Shown: positions 1 to 12,802, numbered from the stretch's first letter. The stretch is 64,000 nt of DNA from Octopus vulgaris (GCA_951406725.2 OX597816.1:114328001-114392000), one strand, 5' to 3'. Numbers and translations are program-made. The notes: a model not told the origin generated them from the sequence alone.

Positions 1-275
1 GATTAAAGAGTAGATGGAGAAGAGATAATTGGTAGAATAGATGAATATAGAATTGAAAATAGGGATGGATAGAGGAGTAGGTTCTGGAAGGATATGTTGG
101 TGAGATAAAGACAGAATCATGATGTGATGGATGGATGGATGGATAGATGCAAAAAGAAGGATAGATGATGAGTTTGATTCATACAGGAGTAAACTGACAG
201 AAGTAAGAAGTGAGAGATTAGCAGATTAAAAAAACTGAGGAATGGTAGATAGGGGATTAACATTATATATGTTTA

Positions 276-335
<60 letters not shown>

Positions 336-466
336 TGTATGTATATATAGACATGTATGTACACACATATATATATATATATCCATATGTATACATACAC
401 ACACATACACATATCTATATATGTATGTATGCATGTGTGTGTATATATATATATATATATATGCAT

Positions 467-860
467 ACTCTATTATTGTTTTACTTCAGTCATTTGACTG
501 TGGCCATGCTGGAGCATTGTCTTGAAGGGCTTTAGTAAAAAGCATTGACCCCAGGGCTTCATCTTTGTAAGCCTGATATTACTCTATCAGCCTCTTTTGC
601 CAAACTGCTAAGTTACAGGGATGTAAACATACCAACATCGGTTGTCAAGCAGACAAAGACACACACACATAAATACATACATACACACACACACATATAT
701 ATATTACATGACCGGCTTCTTTCTGTTTCTATCTATCAAATCCACCCACTAGGCTTTCATTGGCTATTGTAGAAGTCACTTGCACAAGGTGGCGTGCAGT
801 GGCACTGAACCTGGAACCATGTGGTTGGGAAGCAAGCTTCTTACCCAATAGTCTAGCCTA
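467..860 (-). mobile_element. tRNA-derived SINE family A
   Basis: Matches copies at 38047, 40686 and 60029; tRNA-like head with B box GGTTCAGT, internal (TA/CA)n. Confidence 0.85.
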
Positions 861-997
861 TATACATATATATATATATATGTATATACATCTGGCTATA
901 GAAACCATGTGTAATTAATGTATAATCAACAGACCTCAAAACATGCTGTCCATGCCAGCATGGAAGTGGAATGTTAAATGACAATCATGCAGATGAT

Positions 998-1031
<34 letters not shown>

Positions 1032-1034
<3 letters not shown>

Positions 1035-1381
1035 AATCGAATTGAACCAGCCAGGATCCCTGGTCTGGTGGTACGTAAAAAGCACTATCCGACTCGTGGC
1101 CGATGCCAGCACCGCCTCGACTGGCTTCCGTGCCGGTGGCACATAAAATACACCAATCTGACCGTGGCCGTTGCCAGCCTCGCCTGGCACCTGTGCAGGT
1201 GGCACGTAAAAAGCACCCACTACACTCACGGAGTGGTTGGCGTTAGGAAGGGCATCCAGCTGTAGAAACATTGCCAGATTAGACTGGAGCCTGGTGCAGC
1301 CTTCTGGCTTCCCAGAACCCCGGTCGAACCGTCCAACCCATGCTAGCATGGAGAACGGACGTTAAACGATGATGATGATGA
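1032..1381 (+). mobile_element. SINE family B body with internal ~60-bp subrepeats and (GAT)n tail
   Basis: Three gg(t/c)ac(g/a)taaaa(a/t)(g/a)cac units, then ggcgttaggaagggcatccagc...gttaaacgatgatgatg. Confidence 0.85.
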
Positions 1382-1499
1382 TATATATATACACAGAATT
1401 TAAAAAAGAGCTACTGATAGTATATACTAATAATAATGGAACATTAAAAGATCTATCTATCTATCTGTATGTAAATAATTATGTGTGTGTGTGTGTATT

Positions 1500-1640
1500 T
1501 ATGTGGTGTTAGGAAAGGCATCCAACTACAAAAACTGTGACAAAACAAACAGAAGTCTGGTGCAGGCTCCTACCTAGCCAGCTCCTGTCAAACCATCCAA
1601 CCCATGCCAGCATGGAAGGTGAACGTTAAATGATGATGAC
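1500..1640 (+). mobile_element. SINE family B 3' fragment
   Basis: ggtgttaggaaaggcatcca...ccaacccatgccagcatggaa..gttaaatgatgatg. Confidence 0.75.
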
Positions 1641-2217
1641 AATGATATATGTATGTACACACAGACACAGATATCAAATTGCCAAAAGCGAAATCGAATA
1701 CAAAGAAAGACAACAATAGTCCAAAGAGCATTTAATAATATTAGGTATGTATGTATGTATGTATGTATGTATAAAGTTATCACAAAAGGCTTGGCTAGCG
1801 GCCCAACCTTTCAGGTTTTTTTTATAGGGTTTTGATAAAAACGAAAGGACCACTGCAATAGGTGTGTGAATGTGCAAGGGGAATATATTTAATAAAATCA
1901 TAATTAACTGATACCCCTGTATTTTCTTTTTACCTAAAGCCAAGAAATTGTCAGCACCCCATCATATAAATAAAAAAACATCATAAAAAACGGTGAATTA
2001 TACATCTTCAAAACTTGTTTATTACTGTATCCTACACATTACATTCACATTAGATTTCAGTTCTGCTACATGTTTCTACTGCATAAATGTCCCAATATCC
2101 CTTGATGTAACATTTATGTGCATTCAGTTTTTACAATTGTGATATATATTCATCCAGGGCAGTTGTGTCTCTGCAGATTCATTCAAGTTTGTACACTCAT
2201 GCAGGTGGATATATATA

Positions 2218-2380
2218 TACTCTTTTACTTGTTTCAGCCATTTGACTGTGGCCATGCTGGAGTACCGCTTTTAGTCAAGCAAATCGACCCCAGGACTTAT
2301 TCTTTGTAAGCCTAGTACTTATTCTATCTGTCTCTTTAGCCTTGAGCTGACCAAAGCCTTGTGAGAAACCTGTTGTATAT
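2218..2380 (-). mobile_element. SINE family A fragment
   Basis: 3' part (cttttacttgtttcagccatttgactgtggccatgctggag) plus a rearranged piece. Confidence 0.75.
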
Positions 2381-2768
2381 GTGTATGTGTGTGTGTGTGT
2401 ATATGTGTGTGTGTATATATATGTCTGTATATATATGTGTGTATGCATGCATATATATATATATGTATAATAATAATAATAATAATAATAATAAAATGTA
2501 ACAACAAAAGAATGAGATCTTGATATTAGAGAAATAGAGGATAATTTATATATTATAAATTAGGACATACATTAAAAGGTTGTCATTATAGTACTCGGAG
2601 TTTCAAATGCCAGAGTGATATAAGGGAAGTAACTCTAATACGTGGAATTTGATGCAGGTTCTCTGCTCAACTTTGTATATATATATTGTTTCTAGAAAAA
2701 AGTATGGAGAAGAAGCACACTCTAAGAAGTAGAGCAGTCTATATTTTTTCCTGGTGAAGGCCAGTTTA

Positions 2769-2807
2769 TGGGGTTACCCTGGGTTTCTCATCCATCGTCA
2801 GACCCCA
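2769..2807 (-). ncRNA. Type I hammerhead ribozyme, minimal Penelope-like form, intact core
   Basis: Minus strand reads TGGGGT-CTGACGA-TGGATGA-GAAA-CCC-A-GGG-T-A-ACCCCA. Stem I TGGGGT/ACCCCA, CUGANGA and GAAA boxes exact, stem III ACCC/GGGT, GUA cleavage triplet. Stem I extends via GGGCCA/TGGCCT and ATATTTT/AAAATAT. Confidence 0.75.
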
Positions 2808-2964
2808 AAATCTTGTTGGCCCACAACCTCTTTAAAATATGGAGGGAAAAAGTCTGGATTATCTCCCTTTGCCAATGGCTATCGACTTCCAGCTATTCTA
2901 CCAACGTTCAGCTGTGAGGGTAAACAATAGGGGATTATCTCACTCTCCCATTAGCTATCAACTT

Positions 2965-3200
2965 CCTGTGTTTGTGCTTGTCTCTCTGCCCCACCAACAC
3001 CATTTGAAAATTGGTGTTAGTGTATTTATGTCCCCATAACTTAGCAGTTCAGCAAAAGAGACTGATAGAATAAGTGTCACATTAAAAAAAAAAAAAAATA
3101 ATAATAATAAGTACTGGGGTTGATTCATTTGACTTTAAAAAAATTCTTCAAGGTGGTGTCTCAGCATCACTGCAGTTTAATAGTGGGAGCAAGACAAACT
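2965..3200 (+). mobile_element. SINE family A, 3' half
   Basis: ccccataacttagcagttcagcaaaagagactgatagaataagt...ggggttgattc. Confidence 0.7.
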
Positions 3201-3209
3201 GGAAATATA

Positions 3210-4072
3210 CATGTGGTCTCATCAGTAAGTATCCGGACTGTTGCCATAGTAGCAAAGCTAAAGCCCACAGAGTGAAGCTGCTTGGCATAGATACCTTGGT
3301 CTCTGCTGTGCATGAACACTAAATTTTTAACATTCTATCTCACTTCTGCTATTTACAGCAGTGCTTGGAAGGAAGGTGTGTAGCATGTGATTGTTGCATT
3401 GAACATGACAGAGAAAGTTGAACAGAGAATCTGCATCAAATTTTGCCAAAAGCTTGGCAATACCTCTTCAGAGGCCAACGCAAAGTATTCAAAAAGTTTT
3501 CATTGTTCTTAACACAATCAAAGAGATCTTATGCAATTGAAACCTGAGTGTCTTTTTGGTCAGCTGAAAGCAGTTTTGGCAGAAACTTGGCAGACATGCG
3601 TCTCATACCCAAATTTTCGGTGATAATGGACTGAACTGTAACTAATCTGCACTTCCTCTGATAACTCACGGATGGTGATTCGATGATTTTCCCTCACAGT
3701 TCTGCTGGTTGTGGGTCTCTCCAATCATTTATCACTATCGACAGTTTTTTGGCCACCTTGGAAACGTCTGAACCACTCATACACTTGTGAGTGGCTTGTA
3801 CACTCCTCTCCATACACTTTCTGCAACTTTGCGTAGGCCTCTGAGCAAGTATCGCCATGACAACTTACTCTGTCATGGTCAATGCAATGATCACACGGTA
3901 TACACCTTCCTTCCAAGTACTGCTGTAAAAAGCAGAAATGAGCTAGAATGTTAAAACTTAGTGAGCATGCATAGCAGAATCCAGGATCAATCTATGCCAT
4001 GCAGCTTCACTCTGTGAGTTTTAGTTTCGTTACTATGACAACAGTCCGGACACTTATTGATCAGACCTCATA
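3210..4072. mobile_element. Tc1/mariner-derived fold-back element built from two inverted 5' ends, with transposase N-terminal relic
   Basis: TIR-like GGTCT(C/G)ATCA(G/A)TAAGT(A/G)TCCGGACTGTTG at both ends; arms stay complementary for roughly 250-280 bp. Left arm encodes MTEKVEQRICIKFCQKLG; right arm (minus) encodes SEAYAKLQKVYGEECTSHSQVYEWFRRFQGG..RENHRITIRELSEEV, a mariner HTH region, with stops. Confidence 0.85.
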
Positions 4073-5534
4073 TATGTTTGTTGCAGCTGGCATCTCACAT
4101 CCAGTTATTTGAATTTCCTGATCCTGCTTTTCAGACTGGCTATGAAGTGTGTGGTATTTGCAATCTGTTTTTCAAAATATATAGACAAGTTTGTGAGGAG
4201 TCAGTAGATTAATGATGGAAAGGGAAAGAAAAGAAAAGAAATGTCAGAGAAAAGGGAGAGAAAACCCTACACTTTTTAGTGGTTGTTGGATGAATGGGTG
4301 GAAGAGGGGTTACTATCGTTTATATGTTTGTTGACCTTTGGAATCAAACTTGAGGTTGATGATAAGGTTGTAAATTGCTCAGTCAAGTGTTCAAATTCAC
4401 TCCGGTCAAATGTATTCCAGCAAAATTTTGAAATGATGAGTATTATATGTGGTTCGCTTTCACACCAATATATTCTTATTGAGAGTGAGAGAGAGAGAGA
4501 GAGTGAGAGTGAGAGAGAGAGAAAGAGAGAGTGTGTTTTAGCTGATGAGGAAAAAGGTTGATGTGAAGTTCCTCATGGAATCCAAAAGGGGAAAATTTGC
4601 AGTGGGTTACTTTCCCGATATTGTTTGGTTTTACTAGTTATCAGAATCAGTTTTTCTGTAACTTCAGTGAACTAGTGGTTGATTGTTGTTGGGGTATTAT
4701 GGGCTTCATCCTGCGTAATAATGCAGACTACTGTCTGAACAATTGATAGACATGAAGTGACTAGTTGGATAAGGCTAGTATGCAGCACCACCAGCATTAC
4801 CCCATGCAATATATAACCATCATCAAAACCTTAAATACATGTGTTTCTGACTAGTTTGTTTGCTTGTTCGATTGGTTGAGTTTCCCTTCTGATATTTTAC
4901 TAATAATTGAAGCTTGTAAGTTTTTCTGATTAAGGATTATTATTGCAAATAAAAAAAAAAAAAAAACCAAAGAAATTTTTATTTTTTGAAATTTTAGTTT
5001 TGTTTTAGGTATTTAGAGATATATTTTAGGCAAGTCTCAAGCTATATAAAATATGAAATCAGTTAAATAAAAATTAAAATGAGATAAACTTGTCAGATAA
5101 GGATAAAACAATATGTAAAGAAATACACTGTAAATTACAAAAAAAAAAAAACTTAAACAAAACAGAACATTTCAAGTTTTAACTAATTTTTTGATATTTT
5201 GAGGTCATGACCCCTTCCTTATGACATGTGGAGAAATGAGTAATGAAATAAACTATTGCATAAACTACCCTATTTTGACGACAGAAGAACTGCTACCATA
5301 CATTATGCAATCCACAGGGAGGAACTTAATATCGGTCTATCCCTTAGGAAATTTGATATGGTTATGTAATATTGGAATGGTGTAGATTGAACGCAAAACT
5401 ATATACTGGCTCTTTAATAATGCGGGTGTTTCATTGTTTCTTTGGGAAATGTACTTAATTGTATGCATCTCACTTCATTAAGCTAGAAAATATATACCAG
5501 GAAAACTCAAAAGTGGTGAAGTATTATTCTAGCA

Positions 5535-5709
5535 CAGTGCTCCACAATCGGTATGCCATGGCACACTGGTGTGCCACAAGATGATGCTCAGTGTAACCTG
5601 AATATAATTTTTTCGCTATACTTTTAGTTATGTATTTAGTTCAGGTGTGCCGCTGAATTTTGAAAGGAATGTAAGTGTGCTGCAAGTGAAAAAAGGCTGC
5701 AGAGCACTG
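5535..5709. mobile_element. hAT (Charlie-like) MITE
   Basis: CAGTGCTC...GAGCACTG termini, 8-bp TSD ttctagca/ttctagct. Confidence 0.75.
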
Positions 5710-5737
5710 TTCTAGCTAATGAAAGATTTTTTCCTCA

Positions 5738-5884
5738 TTTGGCGTTAGGAAGGGCATCCAGGTGTAGAAACTCTGCCAGATCAAGATTTGAGCCTGGTGC
5801 AGCCATCTGGTTTGCCAGCCCGCACTCAAATCGTCCAACCCATGCTAGCATGGAAAGCGGATGTTAAACGATGATGATGATGAT
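5738..5884 (+). mobile_element. SINE family B 3' fragment
   Basis: ttggcgttaggaagggcatcc...aaacgatgatgatgatg; short attt(g) repeat at both ends. Confidence 0.85.
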
Positions 5885-7029
5885 TTGCTTACCTATGGAG
5901 AATCCAGAACCGAGCACTGACCATTTGAAATCCAAGATTTAGTGGAATGACATAATGTAGCTTATACATTGTATAGCATGAATAAGAGTAATTGTATTTC
6001 ATGTATTAAAATTTTCCAAGATATTAGAGAATGCTCTTGTAAATTGTTATAGTAAAAGAGTCAATGTTTTGATTATAAGAATAGGCATGATTTTGCAAAA
6101 CATATTCTAATTCACTTAGCTGTGGATGAGTCTTTCCAGCAAATCTCTGCACACAAAGTATGCTAACACCTCATATTCTTTTCTTCCTTGACTGCTAATA
6201 AAGATGTTAATATGTATATTGACCTCTTTATCCATTTATTTTGCCCTATATTATGAATAGGCTTTTTAGGAATAATTGTCCCAATCCCACCTGTGAAATC
6301 TAATTTATGCTTGAATCCTGCCAGCAAAACCAAATGAGTTTGACTTTCTTGTATTCTACCAAAGTAAGGCATTAGCTGTGATGTATTACACCAATGTAAA
6401 CTGAAGATGTACAGCGTAATGATTAAAATTGCTATACAGGCAAAGTGTATGCCAAACAGACAGTGTTGCAAAACAAGGATCACTACCACCAGTGCTTCCA
6501 TCATCATCTGTTGATCATTGGTCTATTCAACCAGAGCTGAGTTGAAACTAAAAACAGTGGATTCTATTACAAGGTTATACACATAGAGCAAATAAACAAC
6601 AATATAGAACAAGGTCCTACATTTTGTCTGTATAAAAACTAGCTCATCTAGTTTTGTAGACTGCCAGCTGAGCAACTTAGCAAGATAGTTTTGATCTGAC
6701 ACAGACCAGAATTACTTCAACAGGGATAGGTATATGGAATTAGAGTAATTTAACTAATGTTATCCACCAACAAAAAAAAAAAAGAAGAAAAAAAAAAAAT
6801 TTGTTCAGTTAGATCATATATTTATGCTTTAAGTATATGTAGAAATAATTAATGTATGTTTTATTTTACAAGCACATAAAACATTTGTGACTATGAAATA
6901 TAATTAGAAGACAGATATTTTTGTATTGTAACTTTGTAAAGATTTTGATGTAAGGCTATGCAAAAACTGGTATTGGAGAAAAGGAATCAGAAAATTTAGC
7001 TGAATTATCAATTAGTGTATGATGCAAAG

Positions 7030-7501
7030 CACAGACATGACTGTATAGTTAAGAAGTCTGCTTCCCAACTACATGGTTTCAGGTTCAATCCCACTGAATG
7101 GTACTTTGGGCAAATGTCTTCTACTGTAAGCCTGAGCGAGAAAAACTTGTGAATGGATTCAGTAATTAGGAACTGAAAGAAACCTGCTGTATGTATGTGT
7201 GCATGCATGTGTGTGTGTGTGTACACGCATAAATGTGCATATGTGTATGTGTAATTATTCTTTCCTTGTCCTGATATAATGCAACAATTACAAATTAATA
7301 TACCCATCATACAAACTGCAGTCTCTATTTCAAGTCTTCCATGAAAACATGTCTAGCTATGGGAAAATATTACCTTGTTTGGAAATAGGTGAGAGTTGCA
7401 ACAGGGAGGGCATCCAGCCATAGAAAATCTACCTCAATGAATTACATTGGATCAATGCAAATATGACAAAGTGGATATTAAACTGATGAGGATGATGATG
7501 A
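7030..7501 (+). mobile_element. SINE with family A head and (GAT)n-type tail
   Basis: Head cttcccaactacatggtttcaggttcaatcccactg; tail gggcatccagccatagaaaat...gatgatgatg. Confidence 0.7.
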
Positions 7502-8673
7502 CAGACTGTCTCACTGTTTAACACACAAGTTGAATAAATTAATCTAGGTAGGGTAAATATAAATTAATGACCTGAGAAATAGAATCACATTGAATAAGCC
7601 ACCCATCCCTTTTTATTTTTTTAGTAGAGTAAAGATTTAAGAATATGTGTAGCATAAATAAATTAGAATTAAGTAAGTGTCTTGTGCAGGGCTACGTTAG
7701 AAGCATGCAAATTGAAGCTCTGAGAGGCTGAAAATTTTGTCGTTCAGCCAATCTCATTTTGAACAGTATGGTATATGATGTAAGAAAAGAGCTGAGCTAC
7801 AATGGTTCAGATGCATTTATAATAAAATTATGTGCATAAAAACAGGATTTTATAGAGAAAAGTTACACTTATTGAAAATATATATTTGTGTTTTTTTCTT
7901 CTTATTTATCATAGTATTAGAAATCGTAGAAATACAGTTAAAACAAACTGGAGTCTTGAACAGCATTATCAGAAAGCTAAAATAATATTATTTTGCTATT
8001 AAAAGACAAAACTATCAACATTCCTAGCTATTGTGATATCAGTGGCTATAAGACTGATAAAAGCTGGACTTTAATCAAAATAAAAACTATATACTATATA
8101 ACACAATAGAACATGCCTTCTCAATCCTTGCCACACTTTATTTGATTAGGCCTTATTTTGCTTGTTCGAATAAGGTAGATAATACCAATATCTCAGATTA
8201 ACTTGACATTGAGTCAATGGCAATATCTTCTTTTCTCAGTCTATTTAAAAAGAATTTAATTGTGCTATGCTGATTATTTTTCCTTCATACACAGCAGCAT
8301 TTATAGAGACAAGAGGATCTAAAATTGGTGACTGGCCGATACAATTTGAAGCTACAATCATCAATTTTGTGAATTGAAAACAAAAATAGCAAAAACTACA
8401 TAGGCAACAAAAATAATTAAAGAAAAGCAAACAAGAAATAAAATGTATATCCTAGCAAAAGAAAAAGAAAAAAAAATTTAAACTAGTAAAATAATTGGAG
8501 GAGAAAAAGCTAACAAGGAATGACACCAAGTCTGCTAGACATGCTCTGACAAGATACTTTAGTTCTTACACAGCAGATGCTTAACATTCAATCTTACAAA
8601 CCAATGGAGCTGAGCAAACAAGAAAAATATATCAATAAACCAGAAAAAAAACCTATCATCTGGAATATAATGC

Positions 8674-8984
8674 GTATGTGTGTGTGTAATATATATATAT
8701 ATATATATACATATGTATATATACATACATATGCATATATGTATATACATACATATATGTATATATAAATATATATATATATATATGTATATATGTGTGT
8801 ATGTATATATACATGTATGTATATATACATATATATATATATGTATGTATATGTGTGTGTGTATGTGTAATACATATATATATATATATATATATACATA
8901 CATATATATACACACACACATATATATATACATATATGTATATATATATATCTATATATGTGTATGCATATATATATGTATGTG

Positions 8985-9015
<31 letters not shown>

Positions 9016-9132
9016 ATGTGTATATATATATATATGTATATACACACACACACATACACATACATGCTTGTACATACATACACATGCATGTGAATACATG
9101 TAATTATATTACTACATACATGCACATACATG
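8674..9132. repeat. Compound (TA)/(TG)/(CA) microsatellite
   Basis: Directly visible. Similar tracts at 263-462, 13020-13090, 16585-16950, 36945-37150 and 52610-52710. Confidence 0.95.
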
Positions 9133-9855
9133 CTTAGCTAACCCCAGATTCATTGCATGGAATGTTCATGTATAAGACTGCTTTCAGAATCATGCTAGAA
9201 TGTTTTGTAGAGAAATAGTAGAGGCACTGAAAACATAATGTACAATATATTTAAAAATGTACAAATACAAAATAAAAATTGTATATATTCTTGACTCTCC
9301 AAGAAGATATGAGGGAATTCTTAATAAAATAGAAGACAATTAAAACTAGCAGCAAAATGGATGGGTATTTCATGAGAGAAAAGGAAGAAAACATCTGATG
9401 GAATATCTTTATGAATAAAGAGGTTTTCTTTCAAGTGCGAATTTTTGTAAACTTCATAGATATGAGTAGTGAAAAAAAGAAGAGACAAGTGAGGAAAAAA
9501 AGAGTTTTGTGAGGTGTAAAACAAGTACTGTACATCAAGTTTGGTAGATTAGAGAAGGGAAGAAAAAATTTATCATCAAAATCAAGCATATGATATTACT
9601 AAAAAATAGAAAAAAAAAAACCTCTTGATTTATCCCTGAATAGTTCTGCCATGTAACTTGTCCTTTTGGATTAGAATTCTTGATATCAATCTCTCTCTTG
9701 TGCAAGGTTTAGGTGTATGCATAAGTGAAAATATATCAGTGCATATACTCGCATAAATACATGAATGCATGTATATGGATGCTCACATACACATATACAC
9801 ATGCCATTTTATGCAACAGGGTCTTAACTCCTTGATGGAGTTGTAGGGACACCAT

Positions 9856-9912
9856 TGCAATAGACAGCATGTCTTTCGGATTTTAGACCAGGCAGAGCTC
9901 ATCCGTTTTCAG
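9856..9912 (-). ncRNA. Decayed hammerhead motif
   Basis: Minus strand: CGGATGA (U4 to G)-G..C-GAAA-GACA tgc TGTC-T-A-TTGCA. Perfect 5-bp stem III (AGACA/TGTCT); stem I poorly paired. Confidence 0.4.
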
Positions 9913-10483
9913 GTCTGATCAAGATTGATTTCTAGAAGGAGAGAAACAGACTGACAGAAAGAGAGAGTTATCAAAAGTGAAGAATCAACCCAGTACAGGA
10001 TTAGTACTATATTTATCAACTCTTGAAAGAATGAAAGGCAAAATTGATCTTTGCAAGATTTGAACTCAGAGTGCTGGGGTTTGGGTTAGGTAAATCAATC
10101 TGTCTGTAAGGTAATTTATCCAATGCTCTAATGACTGTCAATGGGTTGTCTTACAGACACATGAGTACAAATGATCATTCATGCATATATATATATATAT
10201 ATATATATACGCACATATATGTATGTATGTATATGGGATAAATTCTTCTTCTTTATACAAGTGGGTGTACATGTGCTTTTGTGAGACTGCACATGGTGTG
10301 TGATACAGAGAATATGCTAATCAGAATCTGGCGCCTTGTACACTATATTCAACGAAGAATTTCAATTTGCGCTGGAGATCAAAACCAAACAAATTTAGAC
10401 TAAACAGGATGGCTAATTTGCAGAAGTGTCCTAATTAACAATTGGGTAACAGACCTACATATTGTACAGTAGCAGCAAAAAGC

Positions 10484-10718
10484 TTAACCATTTTGATACC
10501 AACCTGCTTCAGACTGCTTCTTGCACTATAATACAAAACCCTCTGTTTCTATTAGAACCTTCCTGCAAAATTTCAATAAGTTCTGTCTGAAACACCATTA
10601 TATTAATAAATAAATTAGTCATTTTACGAAAATCTCTCAAAATTCTTGATACTTTTCAAAATGAACTGAAACATATATGCATTGTATTTTGTTAGAAATA
10701 TAGTGCCGAAAGGATTAA
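10484..10718. mobile_element. piggyBac-like MITE, family 2, old copy in opposite orientation
   Basis: TTAA|CCATTTTGATACC...GCCGAAAGGA|TTAA; interior resembles the reverse complement of the 47291 copy. Confidence 0.6.
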
Positions 10719-11231
10719 CAAAATTCTTACCCTATTGCCTAAAGGAATTTCTATCCTGGACAAAAGAAAAAGCTTAATTGTGTGTATGATGTATGGAGGT
10801 GGGGGTGTATGTGTGTACATATAAAAATTACAGAAAACCCCAAAAAAACTCATTTGTGAATGAACAGGACTGACATTCTTTCGGAAGATGTATCTCTTAA
10901 TATACACTTAAACTTCTAAACTGGCATGCTATCTATATTAAATATATCATTGTTTATCTTTATTCATTTTTTAAGTATTTGAATCAGATACCTATGAAAC
11001 ACTTAAATTTTCAATTATATTTTTATTTTTAGAGCTTCCAGTTTTCCTACATAGTACTAATTACTAACAATAGAATTATATGAGATCGCAAAAGCCTCAT
11101 TCTCACTGTGTATTATAAAAGATGGATAAAATGACTTTGTTTTGTTAGTCAACAAGTTTTGAAGTGGGAAATACATATACACTTGAATATTGACTCCTTG
11201 AGATTACACTGTTATAATTTTAACGTTTCAG

Positions 11232-11402
11232 AAATTTCTATAAGCTACCATATCATGAAAAAGAATCAACACTCCCATGTTAAAGAATCTGCAGAAGCCT
11301 TTGGTAAATTTATTAACCAGTTTGAAAGATATCATAAACATATGAAGTTAGATGAGAAGGAAAGAAATGAATATACTTCTGTTAACCCCTTACCCGGCAA
11401 AG
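11232..11402 (+). CDS. Candidate 171-nt plus-strand exon (ISISYHIMKKNQHSHVKESAEAFGKFINQFERYHKHMKLDEKERNEYTSVNPLPGK)
   Basis: Acceptor ttttaacgtttcag, consensus donor AAG|gtgagt, phase 1-1 open frame within track ORF 11159-11473. Confidence 0.3.
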
Positions 11403-12574
11403 GTGAGTTAACTTGTCTTCATCTAATTTGTCTTTTTCAGAGCGTGACAAGTAAACTCGTCCAAAACATATAATTTCAAAGACAGCCACAGATGAGTTTA
11501 TTTATACGTCAATTGATGACATTTCTTGATTTTTTTTTTCTTTTTATACAAATTATGCCCAGATGTCAAGCTCTGAAGAGGACAATCAGTATGAACCTTC
11601 TATCAGAAGCTTGGATAAAAAAAATTTGGCTGAAAATGAAACGTTTCTTCCAAAAAAAAAAAAAAAAATCGCCAGGGAATGGGTTAATGTTTGGAAGATA
11701 CAGTAGTCATTTACTATGATGAAAAAAATGGCCTAAAATTACAAAAGGGTAGGCTGAAAATGCATTACATACTACGTGTATGTAAATAAAGAGAAATTAA
11801 CATTTGTTTTTTTGTTTTTTTTGTAAGCGTCAAAATGTGTATTGTACGATACAGTTAGAGGATATCCTTCTTTTTAATGCAGAAATGGTGTCAGAACAGT
11901 GGAAATATTGGATAAATTACCCTTACAAAGTGGAAAAATTTGTCAACAAATAGCCATGGGATTTGAACCCACAGCGTTCAAAGACTCCAGAGTCTAATGA
12001 CGTTTCTGCATTCAAATCAAAATTATCATGTAATTGTATTGTGCATTACAAACTAATCAAGTATAAACAATTTAATTGCATCTAAATTTACTAGCAGTAC
12101 ATTTAAGTTCAATCTGAAGTGACGGAAATTGTGATAAGGTATTATCATAATTTCTGTTACATTTCCAACTTTGACTGCTGGCTGCATGAGTTGATTGCAA
12201 ATGTCATACATTTGATAAACCTTCTAAACATTATATGTTCCTAGGGTTATCATAACTACAATTGGTCAACTTATACAATCAACAAAACCTTCACCACAAC
12301 TGTTACTTGATATTGTAGGACCGAAACTTACTTATTTATTTGTTAAAACAACTATCAAATAAAAAAAAAAATGGTAACAAAGAACATGATAAAACAATGT
12401 TATGAACTTCCACTTGTTTTAATGAATAGTAGATCATTGCCTTCTAAGGTTTCAACGATGCAATAACCTAAAAGGGAAGTGCTTAGATGATTTATAATAA
12501 TGATGATGATGATGATAATAATAATAATATTACATTTGAAGAAATTACCTTTTAGTTGAAAAGATACTAGTGAT

Positions 12575-12802
12575 TTAACCCTTTAGCATTCAAACCGGCC
12601 ATATCCGGCCAAAATATTTAACCTGTTTTATATTGAAACTGACCAGATCTCGCCTCTCACCCCAGCCCTACCATATCATTCTAAAACTAAAAATTCACAT
12701 CACTGAAATCTCTAAACTACAAGATAATCCAGGATTAATTCAAACCATTTTAGATAAACAAACATCACATTTGACAGAATAATCTGAACACTAAAGGGTT
12801 AA
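12575..12802. mobile_element. piggyBac-like MITE, family 1
   Basis: TTAA|CCCTTTAG...CTAAAGGG|TTAA; close paralogue at 30610-30838. Confidence 0.85.

Noticed and set aside
4541-4600. CTGATGA followed by a GAGGA/TCCTC hairpin
   Set aside because: No GAAA box after the stem and no stem I or III.
6163-6507. 114-aa minus ORF with hydrophobic N-terminus
   Set aside because: No recognisable motif or convincing splice sites; composition matches the background.
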